Shown in pieces: positions 57,896-64,000 of a stretch of DNA of 64,000 nucleotides. The stretch's first letter is position 1. Each line of letters opens with the position of its first letter. The notes under the pieces are model-generated. The model was not told where the DNA came from. It searched no databases and worked only from the letters and a program-made list of their open reading frames with translations. This DNA is from Candidatus Thorarchaeota archaeon (GTDB lineage: Archaea > Asgardarchaeota > Thorarchaeia > Thorarchaeales > Thorarchaeaceae), in contig RDOC01000001.1 of the NCBI GenBank assembly GCA_011364985.1, positions 358,532 to 422,531 of the forward strand. Reading direction: 5' to 3'. A program made the position numbers and the translations under genes.

Positions 57896-59341
57896 TTAAA
57901 CCAACCTGTAGTGACCATTGCGTGGCTCGTAGAGAGCGCCGCTATCCTTCATAGCAAGTAGTTCTCTTGCGGCCACATGACGTTCAACGCCGGCTTCGGC
58001 AGCAATCTCCTCAAGAGTTGGTCCTAGGTCCCCTTTTTTGCCTGTGTCGAGCTTCCGAAGTGCACGGAGAATCTTTGTGTTGAATTTGTGAATTGGACGG
58101 TCCTTCCCCCATGCCGCATCCAGCCCGTTTTGCAGTTCTGTAAGTTCGATAAACTCCTTAAGAGCAGGCTCAAGTATATGACTCCAAGAGCGCTTCACAT
58201 CCTTAGCAGTAATCTTATCGTTCCACCAACCTCTGGCACTTGACTGCGCAAGACGAATTGTGCTCAAGGGACGTCCCTTGATATCAGCATCGAGGAGGTG
58301 CCCTCTTGCTAATGATGCATCATCGAGGGCAAAGCTTTCCTTTAGGTCCTCTAGACCAGCAAGGACATACTTTGTCCCTGCATCAATTGTGCGCTGAGAG
58401 ATCTTTGGGAAAAGCATTTGGTAGGTGATAGAAGACTTGAGGACTGGCAATTGAAGATGAGCAGGGTTTTTCATTTCTACCCAGAAATCCTCATGGGCTA
58501 GAGCAAGTGGAATATCTGGGAGAGAAGACGTAGTTGAATCTGTCAGCACACCCAAAGATACCTCTCTAAATCCTCTTGGATCAAAACGCTTGAGACAAAG
58601 CGCTTCAGCTGTCTGCCTACGAAGCTGACCAATTGAAAGTCGCCACATCCTTGGTGTCAAGACAGAAATCCCACGAACATTATGTTTAGCATTCCATCGA
58701 CCTCTGAGAGTCGGAGGGAGAATTCCGCGTATGAAAGAAAGAAGTCGTTTGACTTGTGAGTTTGAAGCTATTGCCTGAATTCCTGCAGATAAGCCTCCTA
58801 CATTGTCTTGAAGAGGAGGACTTGACATAAATAAACGTGCAAAGACGCGTTTGCTGGCCTCGGCCATTCCAACATTCTCAAACAGCAATGCCGAGAAATT
58901 CCTGAGATTCATTGGAGGTTCGATATTGTCTAAGTAGTCCTCGGGTAAAGTGGAGTGCTCATCCACGTAGAGAACTCGTATATCAGGGCTTTTAGGTGTC
59001 CCAGCCGGTCTTGTTGTAACGAAGCGTCCTGAAATCTCCACAAAAGAACCGTCAGGTGGTGGTTCTGTATCAGAAGAAAAGAGAGCGAATTCACCCTCAA
59101 GCAACCAAGGACTTGGAGTAATCAGAATCATTCTTGTGTCTTGAGTAAGATGGACAAATCCCTGAATTTGATATTTGGTGCCAGAGAACCGAGACTTGAA
59201 ATTCTGATGCTGTTTTATCTCCCAAGCTGCCAGCTGGGCACCAAATTGTCGATCAAATACATCACTCGGAGCAACGGCATCAGCCAGACGGTCATGTCCC
59301 AGAGAATGGCGTTTGAAGAAATCTTCGCTACTCGTTTTCAT
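57896..59341 (-). CDS. Divergent MCM-like protein lacking Walker A/B
   Basis: OB-like N-domain, degenerate AAA+ core, lid RPLSTIRLAQSSAR...KDVKR, C-terminal WH GALYEPRNGHYRLV. Confidence 0.6.
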   Translation of the reverse strand: MKTSSEDFFKRHSLGHDRLADAVAPSDVFDRQFGAQLAAWEIKQHQNFKSRFSGTKYQIQGFVHLTQDTRMILITPSPWLLEGEFALFSSDTEPPPDGSFVEISGRFVTTRPAGTPKSPDIRVLYVDEHSTLPEDYLDNIEPPMNLRNFSALLFENVGMAEASKRVFARLFMSSPPLQDNVGGLSAGIQAIASNSQVKRLLSFIRGILPPTLRGRWNAKHNVRGISVLTPRMWRLSIGQLRRQTAEALCLKRFDPRGFREVSLGVLTDSTTSSLPDIPLALAHEDFWVEMKNPAHLQLPVLKSSITYQMLFPKISQRTIDAGTKYVLAGLEDLKESFALDDASLARGHLLDADIKGRPLSTIRLAQSSARGWWNDKITAKDVKRSWSHILEPALKEFIELTELQNGLDAAWGKDRPIHKFNTKILRALRKLDTGKKGDLGPTLEEIAAEAGVERHVAARELLAMKDSGALYEPRNGHYRLV

Positions 59342-60356
59342 CACCCGAAGTCTTAGTTGGAATACTGGTATGAGAATCAAACGCGCTTCCGGGATTGGAT
59401 TTCAATCTTATGTATTCCTGATATGCACGAGGGTGCTGACTTGCTAGCTCCTGAGCCGATGGCAAGCGTTCTCCATACGGTTGATAGCTTTCCCCTATCT
59501 GCACACGGTCCAGTTCAAGTTCTATTATGCGTCTTAGTTCCTTATTGATTTCGAAACCGATGAAATGTCGAAAATTCGCTTTGCATGCCACAGCAGTTGT
59601 TCCGTTTCCCATAAAGGGATCAAGGACCAAATCGCCGGGTTTCGAGGAGTAGTCGATACATTTCGCCACGACATCAAGTGGCAGTTTTGTTCCGTTCTTA
59701 GCCTCACCAAAGCGATATTTTCTTCTTACAATCCACACATCTTTCGGGTAATGCTCAACCTTGTTGAAGAAGTAGTTCTTCGAGTCTTTCACGAGAAGGA
59801 GAATATGATAGTGACTGGTCACAAACCTCCTCTTTGTAAAGACCCCAAAGTTGTAATGCCAGACGATATGGTTCAGTGTGTGTAAGCTTGCTTCACGAAC
59901 TGCACGTAGCACAGATTCTAGATTCGTCCAGCCTGAGAAGATGTAAACTGAACCATCAGGTTTGAGTATTCGCTCGACTTGTTTCGCCCATGACCTTGTG
60001 AATTCATCATATGATTCATGAACTTCTTTGTAGTTTTCAACAACAAGGGTTTCATCACGATTATATACACTGCTTTTTCCATCGAAATCGATTCCGAATG
60101 GAGGATCTGCAACTATGAGGTTTATCGTTTCATCAGGAATTCTGCTCATTCCGCTGATGCAATCCTCGTAGTAGACATGGTCTATCTTCAGGGCGTCTAG
60201 ACCATGTGATGCATTCTCATAGAGCCGTTGTGCTTCTGGTTTAGACCAGTCCGAGTCAGGTCTAAAGAAGAACTCTGCAAGATGAGGGATGTACCTCCTC
60301 TTTTCACGTTCGGAAGAAAACGCCTTGCACTTTCCAATCTTGCTCTCCACAGCCAT
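59328..60356 (-). CDS. Site-specific DNA methyltransferase (N4/N6, beta class)
   Basis: Catalytic DPPF precedes SAM-binding VLDPFMGNGTT. Confidence 0.92.
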   Translation of the reverse strand: MAVESKIGKCKAFSSEREKRRYIPHLAEFFFRPDSDWSKPEAQRLYENASHGLDALKIDHVYYEDCISGMSRIPDETINLIVADPPFGIDFDGKSSVYNRDETLVVENYKEVHESYDEFTRSWAKQVERILKPDGSVYIFSGWTNLESVLRAVREASLHTLNHIVWHYNFGVFTKRRFVTSHYHILLLVKDSKNYFFNKVEHYPKDVWIVRRKYRFGEAKNGTKLPLDVVAKCIDYSSKPGDLVLDPFMGNGTTAVACKANFRHFIGFEINKELRRIIELELDRVQIGESYQPYGERLPSAQELASQHPRAYQEYIRLKSNPGSAFDSHTSIPTKTSGDENE

Positions 60357-60425
60357 TGCTCCTGACTAATACTAGTTCAATGGATTCCCTCTTAAAACAT
60401 ATGCAAAGGACGTCTTGATCAGGTT

Positions 60426-61511
60426 TCATAGAAGGTCTGATGGATCAACTCCTCGTGATATTGCCTTTCGCGTCATCCAATCCATGAGTTTCTCTGGTCG
60501 GTTCCCTCTTTCATCCTGATTTCGGAGATGAAGGCTCAACGCGCCCTTGGGACAGGCCAAGGTGCATACTCCGCAGCCCACACATCGTGCCAAATCAACA
60601 ACGCAAGTATTTTCAGGAATGCTCAAGGCTTTGAACTGGCATCTTTCAATGCATGCCTCGCAGGCAATGCAAAGGTTACTATTAACGTGAGCGAAGTAGT
60701 CAGACTTGACGAATGCGTACGGCTGATTCAATTTGGTGAGGCCTTTTAGAACAGCACAGCAGCAAGTACAGCAATTGCAGATGTAGTTGTGTCCTTTCTG
60801 AATGTTCATTGAACAATGGACTAAACCAGACTCCTCGGCGCATTGGAGAATCTCAAGTGCTTCCTCTTGAGTTACAGGTCGGGTTAGCTCATCATTGTCA
60901 TAGGCATGCTCCTTTTTGGGTGCAATCATTATGCAGACAGTGGAAGGATACTTGCATTCATTGCCTAGGAGAGCCTGCTGCTTCTTGCAAATGCATTCTC
61001 GAACACCCCAAGACTTCGCATTCTTTATCATATCTTCAGCAACTTGGTATGAGTAGATCTCCAATTCGGTAGACACAGCACGATTTACCGGGATCACTTG
61101 AAATATAGGAGGTTCTGTATCGAAAAGACCAGCTCCACACCCCTTTTCGAAGTATTCCTCAACAAGCAGGGCAAACTCCGCATCCATTCTGCCGAGCTGT
61201 TCTTCGTATATTCCCACAGCAAATGGCATAAGCGCATATCTTCGACCTGTGCTCGAGTCCCAGCCGCGTATCTGCCCCTTCTCAGCCATTGTTTCAAGTA
61301 GAGGCAGGAGATCTTCCTGACATAGTTGAAGACGCTCAGTCATCTCGTCAATGGTTTCGCCTGAGAGGCGCATCTTTGTAGCCAGCTCAGCTTCCTCAGG
61401 CGTGAAAATCCACTCAAGTAACCGCAAGTGAGTGCCATCCTTCACTGGAGTGAAACCGTTCGGGATTGTATCAAGAATCTTGGCAAGGCGCTCATAGACA
61501 TCGTTGCTCAT
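60426..61511 (-). CDS. 4Fe-4S binding protein with N-terminal HTH-like domain
   Basis: CICK, ICNCCTCCC and two CxxCxxCxxxC motifs. Confidence 0.88.
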   Translation of the reverse strand: MSNDVYERLAKILDTIPNGFTPVKDGTHLRLLEWIFTPEEAELATKMRLSGETIDEMTERLQLCQEDLLPLLETMAEKGQIRGWDSSTGRRYALMPFAVGIYEEQLGRMDAEFALLVEEYFEKGCGAGLFDTEPPIFQVIPVNRAVSTELEIYSYQVAEDMIKNAKSWGVRECICKKQQALLGNECKYPSTVCIMIAPKKEHAYDNDELTRPVTQEEALEILQCAEESGLVHCSMNIQKGHNYICNCCTCCCAVLKGLTKLNQPYAFVKSDYFAHVNSNLCIACEACIERCQFKALSIPENTCVVDLARCVGCGVCTLACPKGALSLHLRNQDERGNRPEKLMDWMTRKAISRGVDPSDLL

Positions 61512-61743
61512 TCTTTGGCCTCCATGTGACTACGAGGAACAACTTGGAAGAATGTCCAAGGGAGTGAGGTCAGAGTTTATAATCTCCACTGTTTCATAGC
61601 GGCTTTTCGCTTTACCTAACAACACGTGAATGAAACTCATCTGGAAACTGAAATAATCGGATTGGCAGTGTTGAATGCCTTGCTTTGTACACCAATGGAA
61701 TAAGAAAAACCAACATGCAAATTATGGCGAAAAATAAGGTATA

Positions 61744-62072
61744 TCAAACATCGAACAGGTTGTCACGATCTGCTTGGTTGTATGCATTTTTTGCATCATC
61801 TCGGTCATCCATTCTGATGAGAAAATCTCCGATTGTTTCCAAGCCTCAGAGTAATCCGAGCGTATGCTAATTGCGGTGCTTAGAGCTGAATGAGCATGTT
61901 CAAAATCCCCAATCCTGATTAAGAGCTGCCCATAGTAAGTCCATCCTTGGTAGTCCCCCTGTCTCCATCTTAAGACATATCCCATAGAGCCGACCAGAAG
62001 AGATGGGAAGATTAGCGGCAATGTCAAGATAGCTGAGATTATGCCTATAACGACAATGAAACTCACAATCAT
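61744..62072 (-). pseudogene. Membrane-anchored TPR protein with an apparent 1-nt frameshift at ~61833
   Basis: TPR WTYYGQLLIRIGDFEHA...; the second TPR continues as (I)GDFLIRMDDRDDAKNAYNQA only in the shifted frame. Confidence 0.6.
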
Positions 62073-62315
62073 GGGATTTTTACACTGTACTTGCTCTTCT
62101 AATCCTTATCTTCTATATTTTTGGGAAATCGAAAAGAAAAAGAACTTAGCTAGCTTTTAATGGACCCCTTAGACCCTCGATTGACCGTCCAAAAAAGAGA
62201 TGAAAAAGTTGCGTCATATGGTGTAACTAAATAAATCGAGAGTACCGAACTACTTCTTTAATAGGAGCGGCCCGTAAGCGTTGAGTGCAGATGCATATCT
62301 TGGAGGAATAGACTA

Positions 62316-62852
62316 TTGGAACAAGTTGTCATTCCTAGTTGGCTTCGCACGATTGATATTCTCGTGGGAGCTTTGTCCATCGCTTTGTGCGGATTCGTTC
62401 TGCTTGGACTTTTGCCTTCCAGTATTGCGATTCTGATTCTTCTGACTATTGCATTGTTCATGGTCGGACTTGCACGATTTGCTAGAGCAGCAGCAGTGAA
62501 GGCGAAGGGCATATACCGCCGCGTGGTTAATTTGATAGCGGGTTCTATCGGAATAGGAGCGGCAGCTCTGGTTGCTTTCGATGTGGAACTTCCTGAAGGA
62601 ATCTTGTTACTGATACTTGGTATTGCATGGATGATTATGGGAATAGCTAGGATACTGATTGGGGCACTTGAGAAAGATGTCGCAATGTGGGCTAGAATAC
62701 TCCAGATTGTCGTGGGGTTGGCAACCATTACATTGACGTCTATTGTGATCCTAATTACACCACCCGAATTCTCAGCTGTAGTGCTGTTTTTGTCAATAGC
62801 GGTCATTGTGAATGGTTTTGCAAGAGCATCACGAGGTTACGTAGGCATCTAG
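62316..62852 (+). CDS. HdeD/DUF308-like membrane protein
   Basis: Three repeats of paired TM helices ending in G-x-AR. Confidence 0.8.
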   Translation: MEQVVIPSWLRTIDILVGALSIALCGFVLLGLLPSSIAILILLTIALFMVGLARFARAAAVKAKGIYRRVVNLIAGSIGIGAAALVAFDVELPEGILLLILGIAWMIMGIARILIGALEKDVAMWARILQIVVGLATITLTSIVILITPPEFSAVVLFLSIAVIVNGFARASRGYVGI

Positions 62853-62941
62853 TAGTCCGCAACTTGAAGAAAAATGTAGAAGGTTGAAGTTGCATTTCCC
62901 CTCCCAAGAAAAATCGTGGAAAGAAACGCTGATCTTCATCC

Positions 62942-63712
62942 TTATTCCTTGCTTGGGGTTATATTCCTTAGCTTCTCATCAACAACTGATGGAGCCACGA
63001 CAAAGGAGATTCCAAAACCATCACGACCAAGCTCATCTGCTCTAAGAAGAAAGGGCGATGGTTTTCCCGGGATGGCATAGACCAGTACATCTCCAAGGTT
63101 ACGTTCTAGATAGTCTTGTACCGCTCCAAACCACTTCGGGAACAATTCGTATTCTAACTTTGGATGACATAGAAGGGGTATCTGCTTGAGACTCCCGTCT
63201 TTGTTCGCATATTCTCGTTTCGATATGCTGAATCCATCGGAATCGAGAAGAGAATATTCTTCAAACACCTTTATGTCATTTCCAAGATGGAGAATTCCAA
63301 TGATTCGATTCTCATCCATGATCATATCAAATCCGTGAAAATCGATTGCTGCCTTCTCCATCTTGATTCCAGTTTCGTCTTCAAATTGCTCTGCATAGCT
63401 AAGTACGTTCATTATATCACCGCTAAGAGACCGCTGCAGTTCCTGCCACCGATCTTCGGTGTCCTCTACAAAGCGAAGAATTTCTTGCCCATTATCAGTG
63501 AGTCTGTATATGGAGCCGTCCTTCCTGATGATTTCGGTTTTCAGTAGGAAGTTGATATGGTAATTTAAGTTCCCTGTGCTATTCAATGGTTGAATATAGT
63601 CAACCGAGTCCATGAGATCGCTGTATGCTGCCTTCCTGGCTGCTGCCAATCTACGAATTATGGTCAAACGCGTGGAATTTGCTACCAATGAGAGAATGTC
63701 CTTCTTCTTCAA
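62942..63712 (-). CDS. ArsR-like winged-helix protein with unknown C-terminal domain
   Basis: RLTIIRRL, STGNLNYH-x-x-x-L, YRLTDNG. Confidence 0.8.
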   Translation of the reverse strand: MKKKDILSLVANSTRLTIIRRLAAARKAAYSDLMDSVDYIQPLNSTGNLNYHINFLLKTEIIRKDGSIYRLTDNGQEILRFVEDTEDRWQELQRSLSGDIMNVLSYAEQFEDETGIKMEKAAIDFHGFDMIMDENRIIGILHLGNDIKVFEEYSLLDSDGFSISKREYANKDGSLKQIPLLCHPKLEYELFPKWFGAVQDYLERNLGDVLVYAIPGKPSPFLLRADELGRDGFGISFVVAPSVVDEKLRNITPSKE

Positions 63713-64000
63713 GAGACCACCACAACCATGCGTGCAGAGTTAGTATATAGTGATACTTGACCATGAGTTAGTCATGCTGGTTCCTGATAAAACCATGCAA
63801 TCCGAAATTCAGCGATAACGATCAGAGGTCCCAATTTAGACTATATATTCCTAAGGCGTCATCCCGCCTTGCTTCAAGTGACGCCTTTATGAAGCTTTGT
63901 TCGTTTCTACTGGAAGCAGTACAGGATTTTGCTGATTGATGATCCGAGTAGTTTCCAAGAGTCTTGATAAAGAGGACTGCAACGCACTTGCAAGAATCAC

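Noticed and set aside
62258-62806. 182-aa minus-strand ORF
   Set aside because: Antisense shadow of the hydrophobic DUF308-like gene
1-64000. CRISPR arrays, IS elements, integrases, rRNA
   Set aside because: No spaced repeats, transposase or integrase motifs, or rRNA signatures were seen on manual reading

Overview
This is a gene-dense archaeal chromosomal segment, most likely from an Asgard archaeon (Thorarchaeota-like). That assignment is inferred from a roadblock/LC7 protein, a two-domain gelsolin and a Get3-type ATPase alongside TACK-like informational genes. The core is a ribosomal superoperon from L22 through secY, adk, an EMC3-like gene, L34e, cmk, L14e and cbf5, followed by RNase P RNA, tsr3, tiaS, S13-S4-S11 and a tRNA-Ser(GGA) with two introns. 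Other housekeeping genes include endA, uppP, rpo12, aIF1, tfb, map, GGGPS, hdrA, mobA, hypD, RNase Z, TrmB, ITPase and Fpg. No CRISPR array, rRNA or transposase was seen. The strongest leads are: (1) an apparently ATPase-dead MCM paralog co-encoded with an orphan DNA methyltransferase; (2) an unannotated 33-aa single-TM microprotein translationally coupled to Get3; (3) a non-canonical T-arm intron (51/52) in tRNA-Ser, matched by an EndA with a Crenarchaea-specific-loop-like insertion; (4) a candidate ~120-nt structured ncRNA just upstream of the L22 operon; (5) a stand-alone single cyclin-box protein; and (6) a zinc-ribbon CdvA-like coiled-coil protein. All family assignments come from motif recognition by eye; no searches were run.
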